A stretch of DNA of 64,000 nucleotides, from positions 114,206,001 to 114,270,000 of the forward strand of contig NC_045697.1 in the NCBI RefSeq assembly GCF_009834535.1, given 5' to 3'. Shown here one piece after another: positions 51,471 to 64,000 of this stretch. Both the position numbers and the translations under genes were made by a program. The notes beneath the pieces are model-generated. The model was not told the DNA's origin, searched no databases, and saw only the letters and a list, made by a program, of their open reading frames with translations. The DNA comes from Camelus ferus. Its lineage: Eukaryota. Numbering within the stretch: the first letter of the stretch is position 1; each line of letters starts with the position of its first letter.

Positions 51471-54051
51471 ACCTAATCAATTAAAATTGGTATGTCCATG
51501 TGTATTAGATGCTCATAGATTGGAATTAATCTTTAAAGTACATCTATTTGAATCTTGAGAATCACAAGAAGTCTTTAATGGTGATTCTGAATTTGTTTCT
51601 CCTCCTCTCTTTCCATTATTGCTCTGCTTGGAATATGGGGGGAAATAATTAAATGAATCAATTCCTGTCAACTTTATCTTCCAATGATGTTTTCTAATCT
51701 TATTTTTAAATCAGAATATATTTCTATTAATCGATATTACTCTAAATAGTAGGCAAAGTAAGGGAGAAGTTCTGGTAAATTTTTGTAAATGGCTCCTTTG
51801 TATTATTGAGAACAAGTTTTGGAAAACATCAGGAGACAGATATTTCCCATTTTAAAAGAATACCACAATCGAATGAAAGATTATTCAAAAATTTAATGAA
51901 ACTAAAAAGTCTTCAGAGTCCTTTAGAGAAAATTGTTGTTTTTAAAACGTACTTTCATAATCCTTTACTTTTACCATTAAATTATGACAAAAATCTCCAA
52001 AATATTTTCAGTTTTTGATATATACATAATATTTCAAAAAAGTAATTGACTCAGATGTCAACTAAATTTCCCTCTGAATTACTATTATTGAGGACTATGA
52101 TTTAATCACATATTTCTCATGCTGACTTTATTACATTATGCTATTTATACTTAAATTTCAAAGGAGATTGCTGTAGTTAAAATGTATTTAAATGATCAAA
52201 ACTAAATTTGGGTTTTCTATTCCAGTCCAAAATTTCCTCCCATTTGATGCAATGGTTTGAAAATAAATTATAGTATATCTGATTGATGTAGTTTTGCTAA
52301 AAAGTTCACACTCTATGTATATATCAAAATGCAAATACTGCATTTTATAATGTTGAGAATCTACAGAGAAAGATAGGCAGATGGTGAAAACTGGAAACTA
52401 AAGATTAAATTTGAGAAACTGTAAGCTTTCTTTATGTTAGTTATAGAAAATAAAATCTCAGGAAAGTAATTTGACTATTACTGCATAAAATAAAAGGAAC
52501 CAACTCAAATTGCCTGCTGTTTGCTGAGTAAGTTATTTGACCAAAAAAAAAAAAAAGCTATTGGTTATTTCTAATAGATATTTTTACCTCTCTTTGAACA
52601 CTGAAAAATACTAGTCCCTTAGTACTTATAATGAAACACAAAGAAATATATTTCATCAAAAACATCATTAAATTGGTAATTATTATCAGATAAACACATT
52701 ATTTCATATATTACGATATAGAAAAGTAAGACTAACAATATAATTTAATGCAACAGGCAAATGAATGCATATATACCATAGGCACTAATATTTAGAATAA
52801 TTACATTATACTATAAATTGTTCTTTATTTCAGCATATGCACCTCTTTTTACTTTTCATGACTAAATAAAGCTTTTATTAAGCTTTAAGAATGTGAGGAA
52901 CAAAGTAATTATTCAAGGCGGTCCCCTTCAAAAAGTTAAATCCCAGCATTTAAGGAAGTTACAATTTTCTTGGGAAACCAAATATATCCAGCAAAAATAA
53001 TAAATGAACAGACGAAAAAATCAGCACCCATCAGTAGATACAAAAATGATATAGCCAAGGCAATTGTCTTAAGAACTGAGCAGACATTATTTAGGTTTGG
53101 AGTCAATGCCATTGGCTCAAAATACACTGAAATTTTCAAAAGCCCTGGAAAATAAAAGGGATTATTCCTTGACTAGAAGAATAATGTGTTATTCTAAGAT
53201 TTACCGTGTAAACTAAGATCTATTTGTTTAAGAGAATTAAAATAATTTAAGAGTACTTATGAGCTCAGATCTTTTTATCTGAAAGTGCACACACAGACAC
53301 TCACACACACTAGAGTCCTTCACATTCAATATTCAGGTGTATTGTGCGTCCATCACCATTTAAATTTCTATAAAACTTGAAAATTCTGTTTTTAAAATGC
53401 TATTAAACACTTAAACGAAACTGCTAGGAGGTATTAAGGATATTTTGCAAAATGAGAACATAAATAAGCTTCCTTTTAAGAAATCTCAGCCAATTGCCTC
53501 ATTTCATCACTGTGGGATTGACCCCAGGCTATTACTTAATGGCCCCTGCTCCCTCTCCATTGTTCTGGGCTGGCCTCCCCTTGCTGCAAAGTTGTATATT
53601 GTACTTTATTTTTTCCCCTAGAGCCTCCTTTTTTAAAAGCATTTTTCATTTTTTTTTTTTACATAAGTAATATTTCTGCATACTTACTTTTTTTAAAAAA
53701 ATCTCAAGCCTAATCATTAAGTAGACCTTTTCATTGTTCCTGAGGCGCTATTAACTTCCTTTTTTCTCTGGTTTACAACACTTCATAACATGTGTGTGTC
53801 CTCTCCACTGGTGTTACTGAAAACCTTTGAGAGAACAGCTCAAGAAATGTCTTCTCAAATTAGCTCATGGACTCCACACTGTTTCCTGGCTTTCATATTA
53901 ACCTTCCACATGTTTCCCCAGCTCCATCTTTGGCTCTTAATATATTGTGTCTTCCTTGTTATGATCAAACTCTTCAATTTGTTCTGGTTCTTTTGCTTAA
54001 ATTTTCCTCTTAAGATAACCCTTCTGTTTTGAAGAAAAAGACTAATTTTTT

Positions 54052-54164
54052 TTGGAGAGGGAGAGTACTTAGATTTTTATTTATTTTAATGGAAGTGCTG
54101 GGGATTGAACCCAGGACCTTGCACGTGCTAGGCACGTGCTCTACCACTGAGCTCTACCCTCCCC
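54052..54164 (-). mobile_element. tRNA-Ala-derived SINE (camelid Vic-1-like)
   Basis: GTGCTGGGGATTGAACCCAGGACCTTGCACGTGCTAGGCACGTGCTCTACCACTGAGCTCTACCCTCCCC. TSD CTAATTTTTT at 54042-54051 and 54165-54174. Confidence 0.92.
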
Positions 54165-54687
54165 CTAATTTTTTCATGCATCACTGATATACAACAGTTA
54201 TTACCAGTCAATGGAGAAAATGGCCACCATTGTACCCCATTATTTCTACTGGAGAATCAGCACTGTATGGACACTGTGACTTGAAGGGTGGAGGAGGGTA
54301 GGTGGAAAGATACAGCCAATTCTATGAAATTGACAAGTTGCGACCTGAGACCTGGTAGCTGTTCCTCACAATCCTGTCTTGTCATTAGCACCTATCTAAC
54401 AATGTCTCAAAGAGTGACTTAGGCTCCCTCAATAGCTGCAGCCCAGTTACCGCCCTCGGCTTCTTCTGGAATTGGGTGAGCAGGATGGGACTGTCTTTAG
54501 GTTGTCCTAGCAAGATCGTAAACTGAAAAAAAATAACTGTGATTGGGGAGCTACTCCTGCATCTGAGAGGGAATAACAGATGCATACATCTATTGCCACT
54601 TGAACTTTTTATAACACAAAGCTATGTAACTATGGAACTTAATTTTTACATGTTAACGACAGAAATGTATTTAAACCTGTGGTTATC

Positions 54688-54815
54688 AATAAATACATAA
54701 TTAAACGTAGAGTATTCTCTTTAAATATTCTAAATAAATATATAATTTATATATAAATATGCAATTAAACATATGTAAATAAATATATAATTAAACATAG
54801 GGTGTTCTCTTAAAT
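54688..54815. repeat. degenerate AT-rich direct repeat (~90-bp spacing)
   Basis: AATAAATACATAATTAAACGTAGAGTATTCTCTT (54688) vs AATAAATATATAATTAAACATAGGGTGTTCTCTT (54778), with partial copies between them. Confidence 0.7.
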
Positions 54816-56076
54816 TAAATATTGTATAAAGCCAAGAAATGAAAAACAATGTCACGTGACACCCGTCTCAGCCTGTGTGGTGACACATGTCTGTGTCAGG
54901 GCAGAGGTGAGGGACAGCCTCACTAATGACTCATCTCAGTTACTTGCCCAGATCAAGAGTCTGAGTCCACCCTGAGAGCTTGTTTGCCTGATTTGGAATC
55001 ACATTCCAGTGGGTTCATCTATATAAGAAAATGTTTCCCATTAATCTAGCCCAGAGGACTGATGCCAATTTTCTAATTTTTCACACGTTTATATGTGTGT
55101 TCCATATAAGCTGCTGTTTCAGCAGAAGAACCTGCTTTAAAGACACCATGTTTCCCCTTATTTCTAAATTCTTGGTGCAGGCGGAGAGAGGAGTTTCATT
55201 TGACTTACTTTCTGTTACTTAAATGGATACATTTAACAATTTACCATTCAGTAAAAGTGTGAAGCAAAACCAGTAACATAATGAAATTCCGTAATCTTCT
55301 AAAACTATATACAGAAAATGGATCACTAAGATGTATACTAAATTATTTGCTGCATATATCAACTTTTCAGCAATGCTGAAACCATTCAGACTTGAAGCAA
55401 TAATGTACTGTAAAATGACTCAAAGGTTGGAAATTATTTTTGATAATCTTAATTGGATAACTCTACTGACTTAATTTATTTGTGGAGCTGAATAAACAGT
55501 CAGTTGTAGTAGGATGGCTATAGTGATAAATAGATCTTGATTTGGGACAATCAAATTGCCAGAGTTCTGTTATTTATTAAAAAAAAAGTACAATAAATGG
55601 CTATCTGTATTTATGGGGTTAAAATTATAGACAAATCTTTTGCTATATATGGAATAATGTATAGTAAGATGATTATTTTTTTATTTAGGGTATAAATGTT
55701 TACATGATTAAGTATTATCTTTATCTCCAAGTTGATATGTCATCAGTGAAAAGAGGCAACATACTATTTTCCAGATATATAAATAAATAAATATTAGCTG
55801 AAATGATTTGTATCTGTCACGATACCGTCCACATATTCTGTGTATACCATTATATGTAAAATATCCAATATTCATAATATTATAATGTGTTTATTTTAAA
55901 ATAAATATTATATAATATACTTTAAATTTTAAATACATTTAAGAGCTTAGAGAGGATAAAGCCTTGTTAACCTTGATGGTTAATATGGAGAATTTGAAAA
56001 GATAAATCATCAGATATAATCTACCACTGCTTCAGAAAATAATTTTTAAAAGCTCTTTTAACTTATTGTGTGATAG

Positions 56077-56610
56077 TGTCAACCTTCAAAATAAAATGGT
56101 CGGTTGTTTTACCAGCAAGATGATTTTATTTTGGGATAGCAGAGAATTGTAGTTTGGGACAGACAAGCTATGGTGAATCACAGGAAAGTCCAAAGAGACA
56201 AAGGGAAGGTCACCTTTCATCAGATTTTTGGAGAAAATTGAGGAGGGTTGTTTTGAATCAAAGTTAATAGGAGAACAAGACTTCCAGGCTGTGGCTGTTC
56301 TTTACTGGCTGTAAGCAGGTTTTCCTGCTTTGCTGCTGAGGGCAGGGAGGGACCTTCCTTCCTTTTCTTAAAAGCAGGAGACGGAATTATACCAGAAGCA
56401 AAGTAACATTCTTCTCATCAAGGATAAGACGTTGAGGCTGAGAGAATTACATACACAGAATTCTACACAAACAGACCTTGTTAAAATAATCCTTATCTTC
56501 AGTCTTCCTGCTAGTTATGTAGGTTTAATGAATGACAGGTACCTGAGAGCGCTCCCTTCAGGGCTTCCTGACTCCATTTTCCACGAGGTTTTCCTTTATT
56601 TATTTTCACA
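56077..56610 (-). mobile_element. complete ERV1-type solo LTR (534 bp)
   Basis: TG...CA termini (TGTCAACC ... TATTTTCACA) with flanks ATAG / AAAG (3/4). The minus strand starts TGTGAAAATAAATAAAGG...AAAATGGAGTC and has AATAAA at 56125-56130. Confidence 0.8.
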
Positions 56611-57681
56611 AAAGCCATGATCATCTGCAACAATTGATCTTACATTTTCAACATAAAACTCAAACAGCACTACGTCATTCTACAAATGTGTAGTTGGTAT
56701 CTATGCCAGATGTCTACTAGTTATATGCGAGGTAAACATTATAAACACACGGAAGGCAGGATTATGTCAACTTTTGAGACTTTCCATAATATTAGGGAAA
56801 TGCTATCACACCTTAGAGAATTAAGAATTAAATGTCTATCTCATAAAGTGGGCAAAATACAAAATGTATAATGGACTCGAACCTCTTTTTGTAAGCAAGG
56901 CATGAGAGAGTACACTGAATGTAAGTGTATAAAAGCTTTTGAGGTGGGAAACCTTTTAACATTTTAAGCCAGAGGTTGGACACGATGCCACAGGCAGCAC
57001 TAAACCCCTTGATACAGAGCAAATGTTTCTATCACACTTTCCAGAGTCCATTGAAACCTGAAGTGAATGGTGAGAAGTTTTCTCCTGTTTCCAAGTTGTT
57101 CTATAGAAATGACACCTAGAGTTAAGATTCGCTCTCACCCTGTGCACATCTAAAGTATTATGTGACACCAGAACAATCAGTCCAAATATTTATATACCAA
57201 TAAAACAATAATCCATCAAGAAGTGAGCTACGTAATCTCCTTTTTAGGCCAGTTTGATCCTTTTTCTGGATTTGATCCCTGAATCATAGCAATATATTTT
57301 TGGCTAGAGCCTAGTTGAAGGATGTTCTATAAATTGGATTGACTAGAGATTCAAGGCTACAGGATTATTTAATCAGACTTTCATTCAGCAGCAAGTGCAC
57401 CGTTGGCTTCCTACATGCTGAATTCCTCTGTAATTACCTGGTTCTTGTCCTTTACTGTTCCCTCATCCTGGTGCATTTTTACATCTTCATCCATCTGCCT
57501 TTCTCTTCCCCAAAATTTACACTTTCTTTCCACCTCTCCACTTGCTCTCTTTCTTTCAATGTCATTTTCTCTTTCTCTGTTCCTCTCCGTTCATCTTCTT
57601 TAAAAACTTCTTTACTCAAATTCTTGCTAATCTGTTTTTTCCTTTGCACTTCTTACCTCTTTGTTACTTAGAGACCAATTC

Positions 57682-58652
57682 TTTTTTTTAATTCTAAGAA
57701 TAAATGTATTTATATTTTAATTGAAATGTAGATGATTTACAATGTTAGTTTAGATGTACAGCAGAGTGATTTAGTTATACATATACGTAGATATATATTT
57801 TTTCAGATTATTTTACATTACGTTTTATTACAAGAAATTGAATATAGCTCCCTGAGCTATACCATAGGTCCTAGTTGTTTATCTATTTCATATATTATAA
57901 TGTGTATCTGTTAATCCCCAGCCCCTAATGTATCCCTCCCCTGCCCTTTCTCCTTTGGTAACCATAGTTTGTTTTCTATGTCTGTGAGTCTGTTTTCAGT
58001 TTGTAAAAAAGATTTATATCTTTTTTTTTGGATTCCATATATAAGTGATATCATATGAGATTTGTCTTTGTCTGACTTACTTAACTTAATATGATAATCT
58101 CTAGAGCCATCCATTTTGCTGCAAAATACAATATTTCATTCTTTTTATGGCTGAGTAGTATTCCACTGTATAAATATACAACAACTTCTTTATCCAGTCA
58201 TCTGTCAGTGGACATTTGGATAGCTTCCATGTCTTGGCTGTTGTAAATAGTGCTGCTATGAACATTGAGGATGTATGTTTCTTTTTGAATTAGAATTTTT
58301 TCTGGATATACACCCAGGAATAGGATAGCTAGATTTTATGGTAAGGCTATTTTTAGTTTTCTAAGGAACCTCTATACTGTCCTCCATAGTAGCTGCACCA
58401 ATTTATGTTCCCACCAATAGTGTAGGAGGGTTCCCTTTTCTTCACAGCCTCTCCAGCATTTATTATTTGTAGACTTTTGAATGATGGCCATTCTGACTGG
58501 TGTGAGGCGACACCTCATTGTAGTTTTGATTTGCATTTCTTTAATAATTAGCAATATGAGCATCTTTTTAAGGGCCTGCTGGCCATCTGGATGTCTTCAT
58601 TGGAGAGATGTCTCTTTGGGTCTTCTGCCCTTGTTTTGATCTGGTTGTTTGT
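57682..58652 (-). mobile_element. 5'-truncated LINE-1
   Basis: ORF 58372..58563 reads QIKTTMR...[28 protein letters not shown]; antisense 3'UTR and T-rich tail. Confidence 0.93.
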
Positions 58653-59626
58653 ATTAACTAGGTTCTGTAGATAATATTTACATTTTCTATTTAACTAAAA
58701 TTTAATGAGAGGCAGAAGTAAAATAAGGTATATTTTGTACTTGAACTTTCTTTCCACCTCCAGCTACATAAGGGTCAACAATCTTGCCAAAAACTTTTTA
58801 GTTAATTCTGAATATTTGATATAGATTAATAAAATAACCATAAGTATTATTATGTATAATTAGAACACCCTATCTTATCTATACTCTGCTAACAGAGTTT
58901 TTTTTTTTTATGGTGGTCATATTTATAAAATACAAAAAACAAAAATTTCAGTTTCTAGAAGTGTTCTGTTTTGGTAAAGTAAGCTTGTGCCATACAGTGT
59001 ACCAGTATGTAAACCACAAAATGTTTAGGGTTCACAGAAGGGAAACGCCAACTAGCCATCCTCACAACAACCTCAGAAAGGAAGTTAGGATTCAAAGAAC
59101 TAAATCAACAGTCCCATAATCACTTCATAAGTGAGTCTTTCCATTACAACATGCTGCCTCTAGTAACATTTTATTACATGTAAATCATTTAATTGTTCAC
59201 AGTTTAGCATGTTTATTACATGTGCTTATTAAATGTGGTGTGGTCTTCTGTGATTCTAAAGACCCTTCCTTAGCCTTTTATCCCCACTCCCCCTATCTTG
59301 TCAAAAGACCTGTTAGAGTCCCCAGCTCATCTAAAAGGGATCTCTGACCTGAGAAAATGTTCTTACTGGCTCTGATTGCTTCTGAAACAGAATCATTTTT
59401 GGTGAGATTTGGTATCTCGTTTGGATGAATTATTTCCTTACATCTAATGATTCACATCTATGCTCACTCAATAAAAGACCTACTCAAGCATCTACCACGG
59501 GCAGCGTAAGTAGTAACAAATCCTGGACTAATGTGATTGAAACTGTAGGACAGTATATTTGTGAAACATGCTCAAATAGAGATTCCCATTGGTACACTGC
59601 TCCTCAGAGATGCTTGGAGGAATCAG

Positions 59627-60078
59627 TGTCTTAGGTTGGGATCCTATGGCAAAAATACAAGACTGAGTGGCTTAAACAATATATATATATATTTTTTTTT
59701 TTTCCTCACACTTCTGAGGCTGTAAGTTCAAGATCAAAGTGCTAGCAGATTCAGTGTCTGGTGAGGGCTCACTTCTTGGTTTGCAGAGACCCATTTTCTT
59801 ATTTTAGCCTCACATGGAGCAGAAAGAGAGGGAGACAGACAGTCAGAGAGACAGACAGACAGAGACAGAGAGAAGAGAGAGGTTGAGAGAGAGTGAGAGA
59901 GAGGTCCCATGTCTGTCTCTTTTTCTTTTTATAAGGGAATTAATCTTACTCATCAGGGCTCCACCCTCATTACCTAATTACCTTTCAAAAGTCCCACCAT
60001 GAAACACCATCACATTGGGGCTTAGAGTTTCAACACATGAATTTGAGGGAGGAGGATACCAACATGCAATTCATAGCA
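59627..60078 (-). mobile_element. MaLR LTR (MLT1A-like) with internal (AG)-rich tract at ~59820-59903
   Basis: TGTCTTAG...GACTGAGTGGCTTAAACAA...AAGTTCAAGATCAAAGTGCTAGCAGATTCAGTGTCTGGTGAGGGC...CACCATCACATTGGGG...TTCATAGCA; TG...CA ends. Confidence 0.88.
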
Positions 60079-60129
60079 TGTTGTAACAACAACCAAATTT
60101 TAATGGAGGGGGGTCCTTTCTGCCAGATG

Positions 60130-60335
60130 CTACTCTAAGTCCTCAAAATATGAATTTTCAGTCTCCATTAGAACCTTATGAGATAGTTTTGTTTGTTTCA
60201 TTTTTTGTACTTTTTTTCTTAATTTTTGATGAGAACATTTAGACACAGAGAGGTTAAGCAATCTGCAGTCATGTACCTAAAAACTAGCAGAATTGGGTTT
60301 TGTCCCAAGTCCATGTGATCCCAGAGTTCAGCCCT
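60130..60335 (-). mobile_element. MIR relic
   Basis: AACCTTATGAGATAG...GATGAGAACATTAGACACAGAGAGGTTAAGCAA...ATGTGATCCCAGAG. Confidence 0.6.
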
Positions 60336-62299
60336 TAGTCATTCCTAATGGATCTTGTAGTACATGGGCTCTGTGTCCAAGGAAAATCTTCACCTGAGTG
60401 GTGCTCTCTTGAAAACTCACAGTGCTTTGTTAAAAGTTCTAAAAAATGTCTTAAAGATGTTTGCTTCAATATTTCCCCAATATATTTGCCCCCCCAAACT
60501 GTTTTTTTTAAATGAATCATCTATTAATATTTTATATAACTAATGTTGCCTAGAACACAGTTTGGGAACAAATTTCTCTCTAACATCTATTGAATTTTCA
60601 GCTCCATTGCTGAACACAGAGATTCTAGGATTCTGAGAAAAGTATTTCTTAAGATTTATCTTATATTTAAATACTTCCCAGGGACTACGTCAGGTATGAC
60701 TTCAACACTTAACCCACTAGTTAGACTCATAGGGTAAAAGTAGTTTTTATGAATCATCATCTTCAGAGTATTTAACTTGTATTCAGTGGAGCAGACCTGA
60801 GTGCTAATTGGAAATAATTATTTATTTAGGGTAAATTCTGTGCTTATATTTAATTCATAAGATAAATATTTGATGCTTCGGCACATGGTGTGTAACATTA
60901 AGTATTTACATGAATTGTTGTGCCTGAAATTTGCTGATTTACAACAGAATATTGGCATAGATTAGCCATGATTAACGACTTCTTTTTTATTTTTCCAAAC
61001 CCTGTCTGGATTTGAACATCAAATAAAATTGGGAGTGGATGTCTCATTGGCGATCTCCTCTCTATGCTTTTGGACATGTGGTACACTATGCAAAATCCCC
61101 TCCCTTCTCAGCAAAGTTATTTTAAGATGAACTCTCTCCAGCGCATTTCAGTGAAAGCTGAGTGAGGGAAATTTAGATTCAATTGTCGTGTATATAGAAA
61201 GTCCATTAAAATGCTGTCACAGCGTCCAAGTCATTCAATAATTCAAGTGCTTGGCGTCTGCATGGAAGGAAAACATTTTAAAAATCTCATTATAAAATAA
61301 TATTATAATTTGATTACCCTGCAAAAAAAAATTCTCTGGTTTAGGTATGTTTAACTCTCTCCTGCTTTGGTTGAGTGAGGCTTGTCCTTGTTCAGTCCTC
61401 CTTTGCACACAGTAGCCTTCCTTCTTGAAGTCCTCTTGCTTCTCTCACTGGTCCTTTCTGAATCAACCAAAAAGATGCTCTCCAAGAAGCTGGCCACGTT
61501 TCTCATCCCCTCCCTAGTTACTCACTTTGTGCTACCTATTTATAAAAATGGTGGAGGAGAGGAAAAAATAGGTCCCAGAAGTTTCTGAAGATTAGAGGAG
61601 AAAATTTATGTGAAATGTTTAGGACAGGGCTGGCACAGGTAGGTAGCAAGTGTTTCACATGTTCAGATGGTGGCTACTCTTGGTGGTGATGCTTTTAGTT
61701 TGTTGCTGTTGTTGCTTTTGTTTTTATTATTGGGATCTTATCAAGTGCTTATGTCAATAGATACAATTATTCTTGTTATAGCTGTGTCTAAGGACTGTCT
61801 ATGTGTTTAAATAGATTACTGTTATATTAAATAAATTATTTATTAATATTTTAATAATTAAACATATATATTTAGAACAAAGCTATGAAGTAAGCATTCT
61901 CTTTCCCACTGAGACTTTAAGCAACGTACTCAAGGTCACATTCATAGTAGAATTAGAAGCCATAATCTATTTCTTTCTAGCTATACCATATAGCTTTGTA
62001 GGGAATGGAAACCTTTTACTGTAACAACTGCCAAATTAATGTCTCTGGTCAGGAACTTTCCTGCACACTTGGTTCGGAATTCCCAGTTTCCTATTAGACA
62101 TCTCTATAGCTTTCTTTTTCAGCTACTCAAAAGAGAACTCACCCATCACTGGGGCTCTCTTCTTGTGAACATTCATTTGTTTCTTTTTGCATCTGCTAAT
62201 TATTTTGTTAGCTTTATCATCATTTTACCCATCTTAGTCTCAGGAGATTGAAATAATAATGATAATAAAGAAAAATTAATTTCTATTAATTTCTTCCCA

Positions 62300-62490
62300 T
62301 GTGTTGCACATTGTGCAAAGTACTTCAAATGTATTTTCTCATTCAATCTCACAACACCACCATAGTATAATATTATTAATATTATTTGCATTTACAATTC
62401 TAGTAACTGAGTCTCAGAGAGGCTAGTTGACTTGTTCACCAATCTGTGGGCAATGATATTTTGACCCAAACCTGCATATCTTAACTTCAG
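62300..62490 (-). mobile_element. MIR relic
   Basis: ATGTGTTGCACATTGTGCAAAGTACTT...TTCTCATTCAATCTCACAACACC...AACTGAGTCTCAGAGAGG...GACTTGTTCA. Confidence 0.75.
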
Positions 62491-62529
62491 TGACCAAAGG
62501 GACCAAAGAATTTGATGCTATAGAGTTCT

Positions 62530-63740
62530 TGTTTTTATTGTTGTAAAATATAGAGAACATAAAATTTACTATTTTAACCATTTTTTCAGTGTACAGTTCT
62601 GTGACATCAGTACTTTCTCATTGTTGTGCAGCCATCATTACCATCCATTTCCAGAACTGTTCATCTTCCACCATTGAAATTTTATGCCCCTATGATATGA
62701 ATCCCTCATTTCCCTCTGTCCTCAGCCCTGGGCGAGCACCGTTTTACTTTCTTTTCCTATAAATGTGACCACTCTACGTACTGCATTTTAATGAAATCAT
62801 GTAATATTTGTTTTTTGTGCTGGCTTATTTCACTTAGCGTGTCTTCACAGTTCATCCACGTGGTGGCACAGGTCAGAATTTGTTTTTATTTTTTACACCA
62901 ATATCCTAGTGTCTGTACCAATCACATTCTGTTTATCTATCGATCTATCTATGGACACTTGAGCTGCTTCCATCTTAACTATTAAAAGTGATGCTACAAA
63001 CAGCACTTTGAAACCCTGCTTTCCATTATTTTGTATATAAACCTGGAAGTGAAATTGCTGGATCATAAGGTGGTTCTATTTTTTAATTTTTTAAAGATCC
63101 TCCATACTGTTTTTCTATAGTGGTCATGATTTTACATTCCCACCAATAGCGCACAAGGGTCCCAATTTCTCCACATCTGGCCAAAACTTCTGTTGCTGTG
63201 TGTGCATGCATGTTTGTGTGTGCATTTATCCGGTAGCCATCCTGATGGGAGCAAGGTGACATATTGTGGTTTTGATTTGCATTTCCCTCATAATTAGTTT
63301 GTTGAGCACTTTTTTTCATATACTTGTTGGCATCTGTATGTCTTCTTTGGGAAAATATCTATTCAAGCCCTTTGCCCATTCTTAATAGGGTTCTTTTTGT
63401 TGTTGTTACTGAGTTGTAGGTGTTATTTATGAAATTTAGATATTAATGCCTATCATATATATGATTTGCAAATATTTTCTCTCGATTATGTAGGTTTCCT
63501 TTCCACTCTGTTGACTGTGTTCTTTGATGCACAAACTTTCAATTTTGATAGAGTACAATTTATCTAGTTTTACTTTTCTCATCTATGCATTTGGTGTCAT
63601 ATCCAAGAAATCATTGCCAACTGTCATGAAGCTTTTCCCTAATGTTTCTTCTGAGTTTTATAGTTTGAGGTCTTATGTTTAGGTCTTTGATCCATTTGGA
63701 GTTAATTTTTTGTGTATGGTACAATAATTCAACTTTTTGT
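62530..63740 (-). mobile_element. L1MB-like LINE-1 3' portion
   Basis: AACATAAAATTTACTATTTTAACCATTTT...GTGTACAGTTC...TTGTGCAGCCATCA...TTCCAGAAC. ORF 63083..63319 contains CGEIGTLVRYWWECK. Confidence 0.9.
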
Positions 63741-63930
63741 TTATTCATTTATCTGTTGATGGATGCTTCAACTATTTCCATTTTTTGGCTATTATGAAAA
63801 ATGCTGAGAGGAACATGGGTGTACAAATGTCTGTTCAAGTTCCTGTTTTAATTTCCTTTCAGTAATGCTTAGAAATGGAATTGTTCTATCATATGGTAAT
63901 TCAATCTTTAATTTGGGGGAGAATCTTTAT
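63741..63930 (-). mobile_element. separate older LINE-1 fragment
   Basis: TTATTCATTTATCTGTTGATGGA...TTTTGGCTATTATGAA...AGAAATGGAATTGTT...TCATATGGTAATTC covers a segment already present (diverged) at ~62930-63090. Confidence 0.7.
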
Positions 63931-63959
63931 GTAATTATTTTACTCTGATATCATACACT

Positions 63960-64000
<41 letters not shown>
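63960..64000. repeat. (TCTA)n tetranucleotide microsatellite, at least 10 units, cut by the window end
   Basis: Perfect CTAT x10 at 63961-64000. Confidence 0.97.

Noticed and set aside
57430..57660. Purine-rich minus-strand frame (E/K-rich) ending near CAG|GTAATT as a coding exon
   Set aside because: It needs a frameshift, has stops and no clear acceptor. Low-complexity purine bias explains it.
60874..60886. GCTTCGGCA resembling the U6 snRNA 5' end
   Set aside because: The match is only about 9 nt, and the context fits a decayed MIR 3' region.
1..64000. CRISPR array, prokaryotic operon or other novel multi-gene system
   Set aside because: The DNA is mammalian and repeat-rich, with no regularly spaced repeat-spacer array and no gene-dense ORF structure. 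Recurrent sequences are dispersed L1/SINE copies.

Overview
Mammalian nuclear DNA, AT-rich and CpG-poor. It is most likely camelid (camel/alpaca/llama), inferred from four tRNA-Ala(AGC)-derived SINE copies of the tylopod type and no visible Alu, B1/B2, Bov-A/BovB or PRE1. I found no credible protein-coding exon, functional RNA gene, CpG island or CRISPR array. The ORFs with recognisable protein similarity are decayed LINE-1 ORF2 remnants; the rest look like chance ORFs. The window reads as intergenic or deep-intronic. It holds about 20 LINE-1 pieces of several ages, many with readable target-site duplications (TSDs), plus three ERV1-type solo LTRs, MaLR (MLT1) LTRs, a Tigger1 fragment, L2/MIR relics and microsatellites. 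The best observations concern retrotransposition mechanics: a three-level nested L1 with about 2 kb of host ORF2 missing, a young L1 with a perfect 14-bp TSD, ultra-short L1 tips with possible 3' transductions, and a possibly prematurely polyadenylated L1. A few speculative CTCF/enhancer motif clusters are also listed. I do not see evidence for a new biological system. Subfamily names are from recalled consensus sequences and need RepeatMasker/Dfam confirmation; boundaries of old repeats are approximate.
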